Assembly (NCBI GenBank): GCA_032718475.1
Contig: JAUCBJ010006784.1
Coordinates: 1 to 45,241 of the forward strand
Direction of reading: 5' to 3'
Source of the DNA: Nemertoderma westbladi
Taxonomy: Eukaryota; Animalia; Xenacoelomorpha
Length of the DNA stretch: 45,241 nt
In this document: piece after piece, positions 24,205 to 37,315 of the stretch
How the letters are laid out: the number at the start of each line of letters is the position of its first letter
How positions within the stretch are numbered: the first letter of the stretch is position 1
Translations under genes and position numbers: made by a program
Notes under the pieces: model-generated
Seen by the model: only the letters and a program-made list of their open reading frames with translations
The model's database searches: none
What the model was told of the DNA's origin: nothing

Positions 24205-25838
24205 TAATATATGGAGTGGGTGTGTGACTATATTATTTTATATTTGTTTTTATTTTATATTTATGTATGTATTACTATGTATTTTATTATAATCGTTTTA
24301 TTTAATTTTATTTAGTAGAGTGTTATTTTAGATTATTTAGTAGATTAGTGCAATATATTAGTGTTTATTACGTAATTACATAATATACTTAGTGCGACGG
24401 CGAGAAATAATTATTTTCTCTTTCCTTACTGTCCGTATTATATTATAAATGCGAGACTACAGTAAGATGAAATGTCCGTACTTATTAAAGTACAATAAAG
24501 CCACTACTATATTTTCAGTATTATTGGTAGGCAGAGTATTAGGAATGCAAAGTTCAAATCCTCGTGTCTCGGCTAAACCAAGCTCTGGGTAGACCTTGGA
24601 AACGACTTGCCTCTTCACACTGACATTGCCTTGTGCGATATTGCTCTTCTACCTATATTAAATAATACATATAGTAGCGTGATGTCCCTTTAACAGTAGC
24701 GTAAAACGCAAATAAATCTGTTAAACTTTTGACCATCTGTAATTCTAGTCGATTAAGATATCGTGGCACCCACCGATATACTTGAAAGACAAATTCTAGA
24801 ATCAGTGGTTAACGTCCCCAGACAAGTTCTGGAATAAATCGGTGCCCATCTTAAATATTAATTTAATATTTATTAAAATCTGTCAAATTCAGATCCTTTA
24901 AAATTTCTAGTTAATTAAGATATCGTAGCACTTACCGGTATTCTTAAAAGACCATTTTATAGAATTAAGGATCTTATGTCCCCAGATATGTTCTGGAATC
25001 AAAATTGTGTCAATCTTACCATCAAATAATAAAATTCACGGGAATAAATTTAAAATTCATATTTTATGAATTTAATAAATTGTCATTTTGCACAATTTCT
25101 AATATTCCCAAAATTCCACTAATTAATAGATCACGGGAGCGGAGATTAATCCTATTGAGTGTATTAGAGTGCAAGAATCTCCAACATATAGTCAATAGCC
25201 GACAAAATTCATAAAATCATGTATAAAGAGGATCTTGACAATTAAAGACTTACTATCAAACAGCATCCCAGATCTGTATGCATGAGAATTACCCTAATTC
25301 TACCGCTAGCTTTACATAATGTCACCATAGCAACACCCACGCTAGAATTAGAAACGAGTTAACAGAATTAGAAACGAGTTAACAGAACAATAGAAAGCTT
25401 GCCCATTGCCTAGCATAGTGATTACATAGCACACTGTTGGTATCCAAGGATACACAATAACAACGTGACATTTTGGAAAGCACTGACTAACGGACAAGTG
25501 GCCTGTATGATTGTAGTTGGTAGCTGTTGTGTGGAATTTGTGCGTTTGTAGGTGAATGTTACTGCTAAAGTGTGTTTACCGTAGCTAGTCGCAATTGTAA
25601 AGTAGCCCAACTCTCCCATAGCAAGAACCTCAAGTGATTTCAAGACTTTGGGACGGACAGTGGAGTGACTTGTGCCGGTTATCGTTGTCGTGCTGTTGCC
25701 ACAACGTTGGCGTAAACACGCGACAACGGTGCATCGGCGCTGAGGATCCCACTGTCCGGGGGCAGAGAGGGGTAGGCAGCGACGCCTGCTCGCCTAAAGC
25801 CAAACTCCTTCTAATATTGGTAAACTCATATAACAGAT

Positions 25839-27137
25839 ATGACGGAGTTGATAGAAGATGATCTTGGTATTAGAGAGGGATATACTCTACCTTTACAAGC
25901 GTTTGTGGATAGCTTGATACGCAGTGAAGCTGATCCAACTACTACCGAGGACGATGGTAGTTATATCGAACCACCTATGTCCCAGGAGCAACTTGCGCGT
26001 GGGTTGGACTGTAGCAAGTTCACCGCTCGCTATACGCATATTAATGGTATATATATGGACTTTTTAACTACCTGCTATTCTATCGACTTACACGATACGG
26101 ACTATGTCAACACAAAAGGGAAATGGTATTATTTAAATATCCTACCCAGCGGAGTCGTAACAATGAACTTAAATTCGAATGCGAAAATTCTATGCGAAGT
26201 CTACGCGAAAGAAAAGACGTTCAAGAAGCGGATAAACGCGGTAACTCCAACGTATATTTAGAATTCTTGAGAGAAGCATTGTAACACCAAATAAATATCA
26301 CTCGCGTTTCCCCTACAAGACGTGTGTCTTGGTATTATTACGATGAATGCCTAAGACCAACCAACAAACGGAAAGACATAAACGTCAACGGAGACGAAGC
26401 TTTAAACACGGTTTGCTCGCTGTGTTTGCGGGAGTTTCGAGAGAAACTTGTTCGATGTGTCACCCACGCTTTCTCGGCTCGGGCGATCCTTGAGTAGACC
26501 TATGATCTGAGTTCCTGAATGCTCGGTCAGACCTCCTCCTTCCTTAGTTAGACCTCGGACTCTTGATCCTAATAGTATCGCGGATCCTCATGAACTGTGC
26601 TTACCGTTCCGAGATCCAGTGTTGCCCGAGCCGTTGGTTGGTGGCACTCAGGTTAATGGCTCCCTAAATATCCGCCTATCTTACCTGGCCGGATTGAGGC
26701 ACGGACACCCATTGTTGCCATTCAACCGTGTAATCGGGATCGTTCCCGTTTAACCCGCTACCACCCGTCATCAAGGTAGAGGAGAGCGTTGTCCGAAACG
26801 AGTTAGACGCTATTCCACAAAGATCAGGAAAGAAACCTGCGTTTGTTCAGATAACTTAAACTAATCTCTAAGAAGATATCGAACTTGGACGACTCTATTC
26901 TCCGCGAGATTTTTTGGACGAATGTATCCACCGACGAGCAGAGGAAAATCAGCTCGAGGAGAAGCATATCGAAACGGCGGATACCCCGACTATAAGCCTG
27001 CACCCTCTGATGCAATTATATTGCACCTTTCACCCAGGAGTTATAGCCCTCCTTGTAAAGTGGTTCGCCCCAAAGAGAAAAGGACTCTGGCCAGCTTTAA
27101 AAAACTGCGTAAACGCCGTCCGCGCAAGAAAGACTAA
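25839..27137 (+). pseudogene. Accessory 3' ORF of element A (disrupted)
   Basis: N-terminus MTELIEDDLGIR... and C-terminus ...KKLRKRRPRKKD* are shared with B 38940-40246; the middle is unrelated to B and interrupted. Confidence 0.55.
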
Positions 27138-27207
27138 CGGTTTAGAGTATTTATGTATATTAGAAACTGTGATCTCGTATATTTTATAGACTTCAATCCC
27201 ATTTTCT

Positions 27208-27215
27208 GGGAGCGG
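27208..27215 (+). promoter_or_regulatory. Polypurine tract of A
   Basis: gggagcgg immediately precedes the 3' LTR; identical in B at 40316-40323. Confidence 0.7.
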
Positions 27216-28503
27216 TGTAAAAGCTTCTGTGGGATGCAACTGGTCCTTCGCCCCGCGATCCAGTTTTTCCCCCATACGCTGAAATACTCTGAAACCTGCT
27301 GTAAAAGCGTTTACAGATATAATTGGATCCCCTAGCCCTCGGGGTGCTGTATAAGTGTTTTTAACGGACATAAAATAGATTCTTCTGAATGTGTGCTTTA
27401 TGCGGACGTAGCAGGGTACACAACCCGCAATGCGGCATTTCACTGTCACTATGTCAAGGGAAGGATTCTGATTACGACATCTCCCAGCTGGATGATGACG
27501 TGGAGGGAGCTCTCATTGGACTCCTGGTTCCTTTGTTTTGGTCTAACAACCAATCAGGGTGATTTGCGTTTTCCTTGAAGAGATACCTACAGCAGCTCCC
27601 AAACTCAGTGTTTATGTCGTTCCATACTGCCTGAAGATCGGCTGGAATGACGCAATGTTTCTGCCTTTTTATAAGAACATTAGTAGGCTAAATTATAGAA
27701 AGCATAGCTATTATCGATTCGATCCGATTCGATCCGATTCGATTCGACACGATTCCAATTTATAACTTAACGATTCAATGCAATCTAATTATATCTTAAC
27801 CTACCGTCATACTGCTTTTACTGTTTGTAATTTTGTATCAGTATAATTGGATGTTATTAGTTGAAGAATATCAATAATCAACCCACATTTTCCCAATATC
27901 TTTGATACACTACAGGTTAGAGAGAAAGGTTATGTACAACAATTGCGACTTTATTATTGTGTTTGTAGTGAATCTAATGTTGTTTGACAGACACTACCTG
28001 AGTCCAGTGCATATCTCTTTATACCTGATCAAAGTCAGTAACTGTCGGCATATCAGTGAGCAGTGTTGTGCGTTACCGGTAGCGTGCGTGATTGTAAAGT
28101 GATTGGATCTGATAATAAAGCATTCCTAAAGAATGCGCCCTATGCTTGAAATTTAAGCCATATCGTTGTGTGTAGTATCAGTCATAACTCTGTTTACATA
28201 GGTAGAGCGCCACGTCCTAAAAGGAACTGCTAATATTTCCCGAAAGTGAATAATATTTGTCAGAGATTATATATTAGTAATCAATCGAATAATACAGTAG
28301 GCTTGACCGCAAATAAATTTAAGCCCACGAATCCAGTCTCCCGGTGTTATAAACGGGTCATTTGGACGCGCATGGACTGGCTTCGGCTAATGTTTTTGGT
28401 TTGTTTTGTATTAAATCTTATCATCTTACAAAAGGCAGATTATCAATAAAGACATATAAATTTCGGCAGGTTAAACTGCTGAAGGTCTATAAAAGCGCGT
28501 ACA
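27216..28503 (+). repeat. Element A 3' LTR
   Basis: Direct repeat of 16656-17943. Confidence 0.95.
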
Positions 28504-29535
28504 ACGTAGTACCTATAGCGATACGGCTATAGGTCGTCAGGCGGTGGTATTTTCCTATCTGGACAGTGCAATATATTTACTACTACTTATTATTTTCAAA
28601 TACCGTAGTACCCTGTCCGTTGTAATAAACAGAATTCTAACCCTTTGTTAGACTGGTTTGTAGACTTCCTGTAAAATTACCCTAAAATTTCGTACGTAAT
28701 ATTTTGTTGTATTTAATTAGAGATTTAATCTCACCCGTATCGTAAGTAATTTGTAGTATTAAGTAACTTAGGTAAATTAGAATTATCAGTTTTTAATGTC
28801 CAATAAATAGCACTTCACTGAGAGCGCACAGCTTCTGTGTAGTGACTTCCCCCAGAAATAATAACATTTATTTCAAGTATTGACAAAACCCATTTTAAAC
28901 GGGTATATAAATATTATAAATCAACTCAAACGATTTATAAATAGTAGGCCTGCCATACAACAACTAGGTCTCAATATCAGTTGGACTACTGCTTAAATAA
29001 CGGTAATAAAGTAAGTTAAAGTAACCAAGTAACCCTAAAATATTCAGAAATTCAATTATTCTAAAATAATTGATATACCGGTATTTACCATAGGCTTATT
29101 ATATTTATTTCTATAAATTTGTGCTGAAATCATACCGGTATTCTGTAATTAATTCTAGTTCATAATTATACTTATATATACTATAAGTGTAAGCTGCATA
29201 CCGGTATTCACGATAGGCCTATTATATATTTATATATATTTGTGCTAAAATTATATACCGGTATTCTGCGACAAACCTAGTCTGTAATAATACTTATATA
29301 TATTGTAAGCATACCGGTATTCTAATATATTGTATATATATCACGTTACACTGAGTAACGGTATCGGTAATCAATCGCTAGGCTTGCGGTCATACTGAAT
29401 TACCAGACTTGCTTTAACTGAAACTATAGTAGTAGACATTCAACTGTATAGCTAAACATTGTTCAAGAAACTTGTTCCCAGCGATCAGATAGCTCCAGTA
29501 GTTCGGATACTGTAGAGCTGACCCCCGAATGCGGA

Positions 29536-32500
29536 GTGCAGATGGCGGCTACAGCCTACTCGGATCCCCTTCTCACCCTTCCTGCCGCAGTGCTAACTAC
29601 TATATTGATTGCGGTGGAGGAACATCAAGCCGATTGGGTGAGAAGTAAGCGAGCGACCCAAGATAGTTATGCGGGATACGCCAGGGAAGAATTGATGTCT
29701 ATTGTCGAGTCACAATGGAACTTTCCCGGACCCGGACTCCCGTTAGATTTGTCCAAAGCTACTTGGGAAGATATACACAGGATGGGAGTGGCTAAAGATA
29801 CGATGGATCCAGCTGTTTGGAAGAGGTCGGCAGCAGGATATGTGCAGGGATTCTTCGGCTCCTTGGAGCGATTGGAAGAACAACTGTTTCGACAACCCCA
29901 AGGACCTCAAGAGCAGGAAGAGCTGCTATATCAAGTACGCGAAAGAACCCTACGCATTAGACTAATCCTATCAGCCTTTGAGGAAACTTCCAAAAGAAGA
30001 CAGGACACGTCGCTGCAGGTTGCTGTCAAAACTTGGTTCCAGCGGGTAGGTCTCAAAGTACAAGAAACGGACCAGTGGAAATCTCAGCTGTCTGAGAGAC
30101 TAACCTATGAAGAACCAACCGATGCCACCCTTTCTCAAGTGGAAGGCGAAGAGACCGCAGAGAGACCACGAACGAGAGACGCCATCGACATTTATCTGTC
30201 CGACTATCAGCGATTCCTAGGAGACGAAGAGTTGAGGAGACGGCTGTCTGGACTTTCCCCTAATAGTGAAGGAACCCAGCGTGTGTTAGACTCAATCGAT
30301 GCTGAAATGTTAGCTGCTAACCAAGCTGAATTTGATGAAAAACTCCGCCTCACTAGAGTCCAAGAAGAACAAGTAAAGAAAAAACGGATAGAGGACCGAA
30401 AGGCAGCTGCAGTAACAGCGGCAATGGCCGAAGTGGAAGCGGAAAGAAAGGCAGCGGCGGCAGAAGTAGAAGCAGAAAGAAAGGCAGCGGCGGCAGAAGC
30501 AGAAGTAGAAAGAAAGGCAGCGGCGGCAGAAGCAGAAGCAGAAAGAAAGGCAGCGGCGGCAGAAGCAGAAGCAGAAAGAAAGGCAGCGGCGGCAGAAGCA
30601 GAAGCAGAAGCAGAAATAAAAGCAGCAAAGGCAGTGGCAGAAGCAGAACGGAGAGCCTCTGAGGAGACTACCCAACTGGAGTTGGAAAATCTGCAAGAGA
30701 CGCAAGACAACATAAATAAACAGTTAACTGCTAGTCACATGCAGATGATGAGAAGATCTACTACCAAACGCCAGGGATATACGTCATCGGAGGAAAGCGA
30801 AACCACCGATCCTGAAGGCGGAGGAAATAGATCTCGTCTAAGCAGGCGTAGAAAAACATCTTACCGTCACAAATTGCCTGATTTGCCCCCAGCTGTGAGA
30901 AGACAACTAGCTAGCACAGACTAAAGTAGAATAGAACCTACAGACCAAATTATTAAGGTCAAAAAACTCCCTACTATAGTTGATGAGCCTGAAATAATTA
31001 GGCCTGTCGTTCCCAAAGTCACTCCTGTGCTAGAGACCCCTGTACTTCCAGAGCTTAACTCTAAGTTCCCTTTACACAGTACTACACTGCCTGTACCCGG
31101 TAGAACAGTCCATGAGAATATCCCTGTCCTGGAAGCTGAGAGAGAAATCAAAGATTTGTCTCCCGTCGTCCCGCGTCAGCCCGCTACAATGTTGGCGACT
31201 CCCGCTTCGGCGGTCGAGTGGGTAGAGGAGGGACGGCGGGGGATGAATTTCCTGCTCGGACAGATGCAGGAGACTGTCCACCAACTTAAGGGAACAGTAA
31301 GGGAAGGTAGGGCCGAATTGCAAGAAGTGCAGCAAAGTATCGCGCTAGAACGCGACAAATTAGTCAATATCCAAAAAGGGATGCCAATACCCCCTGTAAA
31401 ATTGTGTCAACCTGTTAGGTCTGAAGTATTACATGCGCAAGGTGTGGAGCCTACACGCATCTATACTGCTAGTGAAGTAGAAACTCCTATAGCAAACCCT
31501 ATTAAGGGTGATTATAGACCTGTTGTTAATGATATTCCTTATAGACCTGATAATGATCCGAGAAATTTATATACCGATAATTCGATATTAAATAACACGA
31601 TGGCCCAAGAAAGCTTTACGCGTCAGATGGCTAGAACAGAAGCCCGCCAAGCGGTCAAAGTGGGAGAGATCGTCAAATTCAATGGAGATGAGATGAAATG
31701 GTTACCTTTCAACGAATATTACAAAGACAGCATACAGAACTCTGTGCTATCTAACGGAGAGAAACTTAGGTTCCTCATCAAGTGCTTGGAAGGACCTCCC
31801 AAGTTAATGGCGTTAAAGTTTATTGGACATCCAGAAGGATTAAGACAAGTTTGGGATACATTAAACATCAGGTATGGTAACAAGGATAACATAGCTAAGT
31901 ATTTGTATGCAAAATTAGTAGCCCCCCGAAACTTCCTTAGTAGCGGGATTATAGAGTTTTCCGATGAGATTCAGGAGATCTGTAGACAATTGGACTGGTT
32001 AGGTAAGTCTCATGAATATCAGAGTTCCATGGTTATTGGAGCCGTAGTCTCTACTTTACCAAAGGGTGGAGTATGTACACGCTGGGACAAGAAAGTGTTG
32101 TACATGAATGAACAACAACGACGAAGCCCTACCATGGCTGATCTCATGTCCTTCTTAGATGGTGAAGTAAAACTACAACTCATCAAGCAGTCCAGAGAGA
32201 AAACATCGGAAAATAAGGTAAGTGAGAAACCCGCTTCTAGGAGAAGAGTAACACCAGTGTGTTACACTGACGACGGCGAAAGCCAAGCTTCTCAAGAAGA
32301 GGACAGTGGGAAAGACACTGGTAGATCTTACTACATTGACAAAACCTCAAAAGACGTAAGTAAATACAAAGCTCGAACCAACGATAGGAGAGAACAGGTT
32401 GCCAAGACCCCTCCTCAGTCCTCTAACAGAATGCACATAAGAAAGCCAGAACAAAGAACGAGAGTGCATCAGGTTACCCAAGGTAAAGTGAGTAACATAA

Positions 32501-35500
32501 AACCTAACTGTGCGCTGTGCGACGGTACCCACCGTTTGAGTGCGTGTGCTGAATTTCTAAAGAAATCCCTTGTAGACAGACGTGCAGTCGTATGGGATAA
32601 GCGGTTATGCTATAATTGCCTCAGACCAGGACACCAACGGCGAACCTGTTACTCCGACGTAAAGTGTGCAAAGTGTAGCGCGAAACATCACATCTTGTTA
32701 CACAGTGAGTTCGACCGAGACAACCCGAGTCAGGTAAGTGAGCCCGAACTACATGTCCAATTCAGTGATGTAAACGACACTGATCAAGAATCTGAGATGG
32801 AAGGATTCTATACTGACGAATTCTCCGACGCCAACGAATCCTGTTATCTAATCAATACCGCAGTGTATCGAGCACTTACTTATGAAAAGGACACCAACAA
32901 TGAGTTTCCCCCAACTACTTTTGCCAGACAACCATCTTGGAAAGCTCCAACTTCCAACGTAGGAATCAGAGAATTTCCTGTAGTGCAGGTAAGAGTTCAC
33001 GGTCCTAACAAAAGTTACATAGTGAACGCACTCCTTGACTCCGGCAGCACAGGAACATTCATCGATCAAGAACTAGCCGAAGATATCTTTGCTGGACAAC
33101 CCAAATTCCGGACAAAATTGAATATGTCAGGAATTATGCAGGTTTGAAAATCTACCCTAATGGCAGATTACTATGTAGGTGTGTTGTCCACCCCCCAGGA
33201 TAAATTAGGAGCACAAGGTATAAGGTCGGTAAAAATGGTGGCTATAAAGAACTTCGCTACTACTCAGGCAGACCTTTATAATTGGGACGAGGATGAGAGC
33301 ATTCAACATCTTAAGATACCTCGATTCCAGACAGATTATCCTGGAGTGCAAATACTCATCGGCCAAAACGCGCATGAGGCGCTCGAGACATTGGAGAAAC
33401 GGCCTGCTCAACCGCAGCCACTGCAAACCTATGCGGTAAGAACTAGAGTAGGTTGGTACTTTACTGGCCCTTCCCGCAGGACTCTCGAAGAGAGAATGCC
33501 ACAAGAACGAATATACCAAGTAAACGATTGGGAAGTGGAGAGCAGTGAGGTGGACGAACTAACTGAGGGAACACCATACTCCTCAGATAATGACGACATC
33601 TACCAACTCTTCGATGAAGAGAACACAATCGACCTACTTACAGAAAACCAAACTTGGAAAAATCAGGTGAACCTATGTCAACTGATTCGCCCATCGGAAC
33701 CCATCGCTTACAATGACGAACTAAACGATGAGATAGAGCGCTACAACGCTAGAACTCGGGACGAACTAGCCGTACGATTCTTTACTCAAGAACTGGTAGA
33801 GCCCAATTCATATGATAAGGCCCTATCAATAGAAGAAGAAAGAGCCAAGCAAATCCAGGAAACAACTACACGTTTTTTAAAGGACCAAGGTAGATATGAA
33901 ATCGGCCTACCATTTCGAAAACGAGAACCTAGATTTTTAAATAACAGACCCTTGGCAGAGAAAAGAATCGCTCAATTACATCGACGCCTTACGGCTAATG
34001 CTTCAGCTAAAAAAATGTACCAAACTCAGCTGAAGAAATTTATAACAAAGGGATACGCGGAGCGAGTACCGGAAGGAACACCAGTGACTGAGAGAACGTA
34101 TTACTTAACACATCATTACGTTCCCAAACCCGGTAAACCCCACGAAGTACGAGTCGTATTCGATGGCTCCGCCCTATATATGGGCCAATCCCTCAATTCC
34201 GAGTTGTTACCAGGACCCAACTTACTCCAATCTTTGTTGGGAATACTTTTAAGATTAAGACAATATTCCATCGCGTTCGCCTCCGATATAGAAGGAATGT
34301 TCTTACAAGTCAAGGCGCTGGATAGAGATAGAGACAGCCTGAGATTTCTGTGGTGGCCTGAAGGAGACCTCAATCAGAAACCGGTAGAGTACTGGATGAC
34401 CATCCAGGCTTTTGGAATCATATCAAGCCCTTCCAACGCCTGCTCCGTGGTGCGAACCACTGCGAATGACAACCGAGACTCCTTCTCAAAAGAGGTGATA
34501 GACAACATCAAACGGAATATATACATGGACGACAATTTAAGGTCCCTTCCATCAGTAGAAGAAGCCATAGATGTCGCGAAAGGAACGGTAGAGTGTTTGA
34601 AAAGAGGTGGATTTCGACTGACGAAATTCACCAGCAACTCCCGTGAGTTTCTGGAAGCGATACCGGTAGAAGACCGAGGAGCGAAAGACCTAGACTTAAT
34701 AAAGGACGATCTTCCTGAAACCAAGACGCTTGGCTTGAAGTGGGACACTGAAAGAGACATCCTGTTTTTTCAGTTAAAACAGCGAGATAATCCAGTTCGG
34801 ACCAAACGGATTTGTTTAAGTATCCTGAGCACTTATTTCGACCCATTGGGATTTATTAGCCCAGTTATATTGATTGCTCGGAGTTTAGTAACAAATGTGG
34901 CTTGAAAACCACTCATGGGACGATCCGCTTAAGGGAGAACTGTTAAAGAAATGGATGAAATGGGAAGATTCTCTACCTGCCATCGAGAACTTTATAATTT
35001 CCCGTGCATATTTTGGTCATGTTCTTCCTACGTATTCCTATCAACTCCATGTGTTTGGAGACGCCAGCGACATGGGAATAGGTATAGTAGCATATCTGCG
35101 AGTCGAAACTCCGGATGGAATCAAAGTCGCCTTGGTTACCTCTAAGGCATTGATTAACAACAAGTTAAAGGTTCCTCGAGCGGAGTTAAAGGCGGCTTTA
35201 TACGCTACAGCCATCGGCCGGAACGTAACAGAACAAATCGACTATCCACTGGAGAAAACGGTTTATTGGACCGACGCTTTACTCGTGTTGGAGTATCTAA
35301 CCAATGAAGTCTGTCAGTTCAGCGTTTTTGTTACTAACAGAGTAGCTATTATTCTTAGTCGCACAAAGATAGATCAATGGAGACATTGCCCTGGTACGAT
35401 TAATCCAGCCGATATCGCCTCCCGGGGAGCAACTCCACAGGAACTGATAGATACTCCAGACTGGTTGGGTGGACCCGACTTCCTGAGCAAGGAAGAGGAT

Positions 35501-37315
35501 GAATGGCCTCCTCACCTAACTACGGCGGAGATTAGACAAGCCAAGGGAGCGGAGACAGTCAAACCTAAAACCCGGGCGAGTAAATCGAAGTTATTTAAAC
35601 CGACTATCGATCTATCTGTATTACATACTTCCGGGAATGATGCTTCGGATCCACAATCCCTCAACACAAATAAGTCTGTTGTGGAAATTAGAGATAGAGA
35701 CTGGAAATCTGGAATACCAGACATCTCGCAAGGAATCTCACCCCTGCTGCAGAGAGCAATGCATCACTACAGTTCCTGAATTGGCTCTGTAAAGCCGTCA
35801 CGTATTTAAGGAGATGTTTTCATCATCACTACTCCAGGACGAAGACCATTAGTGATACCGCTCCATTGACATCTGCGCAAGTTCATGTTATTAAAATTTT
35901 ACCCAAATATAAAACATCCGACCGGTTTCTAAAGGAGAAAATTAGTTACCAGGAGCATGAAGAAACCAATAAGCAGATACTGAGACTCCTGCAATGCTAT
36001 GAGGATTCCGATAAGTATTTCCTATTGTTGAGAAATCCGCAGATGCGCTTAAGGGATCGATTCTCTAGCACAGTGATAGATGGGTTAATACGTGTTGGAT
36101 GTTCACAGTAAACTTTATCATGCTGGTAGAGAACGAGTTCTTAGCGAAATTCGAACTCGCTATTATTTTGATAAACCCCGTAGAGCTCTGAACCAAGTTC
36201 TTAGGAATTGCATACCCTGTAGGAAAGCATTCAGTAGGCCTTTAACACAGCGAGAGGCAGAATTACCTAGGGAACGAGTAAGCTTCTATGAACCACCTTT
36301 TACTAATACTGGTGTAGATTTATTTGGCCCTATTGAAGTATATCGTGCTAGGACTATAGTCAAGAGATGGTGTGTCATCTTCGTATGCATGACTTGTAGA
36401 GCCATCCATCTCGATATGGTGAACGATCTATCTACCAACAGCTTCGTCTTAAGTTTACGACGACAGATCGCTCGCTTCGGGACGAGTAATACCATGAGAT
36501 CGGATAAGGGAACGAACTTCATTGGTGCCAACAACGAAATACAGGCTTACGTGAAGGACTGGAACCAAAGACAGGTGGACGACCAGCTAAGGATAACAGC
36601 GTCTAGCTGGACCTTCAATGCCGCCGACGCCCCTTGGTGGGGAGGAAGTTGGGAGAGATTAATTCGAAGTGTCAAAACCGCATTTCACTTTATAGTGCCA
36701 TGCTGCGCGTATCTCACCGACGAACTTTTGCGGACGTTAATGGAGGAAATAGCTGCCTATCTCAACGAGAGACCGCTTATGCCAGTCTCATTGAGTCCCG
36801 ATTCCCTGGAAGCGCTAACACCCGCGCACTTCCTACTGAAGAAACCTGTAGCCATGCTCCCACGATCGGAGATTGCCGACGGAGACGAATACTGCCGTCG
36901 AACTTGGCAACTTATGCAGTTGCTATCCCATCGTTTCGCTGACCATTTCGAGAAACATTATCTGCCCACGCTACAACTTCGAACTAAGTGGTTTGCGCAG
37001 CAAGAAAACGTCAGCGCCGGAGATATGGTGCTTATTGTAGATCCAGACCTCCCACGTAAATGGTGGCAGACAGGTCGTATCATCGAGACTCACATCTCGG
37101 ATGATGGTTTAGTACGCTCGGTAGAACTCGTCGTCATGCGGCGTAACTTCAAGAAGCCAGGCATAATCTTTGAGACGCAACAACTCAATCGCCCAGTTGG
37201 TCGTCTATGTTTACTGGAAAGAGACAGAGAACTCTCTGGAAACTATGGAAGGCAAGACACTCTTCCCACGACCACCTCCCTAATTCCTCAAACATCTAGG
37301 GACTCCCCAACGTGA
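29536..37315 (+). pseudogene. gag-pol: Disrupted BEL/Pao gag-pol of element B
   Basis: Gag knuckles, LDSGS, RT (RVVFDGS, DIEGMFLQV, YMDD), RNase H (LHVFGDAS, YWTD) and integrase (GVDLFGP, SDKGTNF, PWWGGSWERLI). In-frame stops at 30922, 33145 and 35777, frameshifts near 34890 and 35780, and an apparent deletion near 36100. The start codon region is lost relative to A. Confidence 0.93.

Larger units (their letters stand above)
16656..28503 (+). mobile_element. BEL/Pao element A: young non-autonomous gag-protease element nested in the leader of B
   Basis: Two 1288-bp TGT...ACA LTRs with no differences noticed. 5-bp target-site duplication ACGTA at 16651-16655 and 28504-28508. Confidence 0.95.

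Noticed and set aside
30207-30713. Antisense Ala/Ser-, Cys/Phe- and Leu/Pro-rich ORFs
   Set aside because: Shadows of the 33-bp AEAERKAAAAE repeat in Gag.
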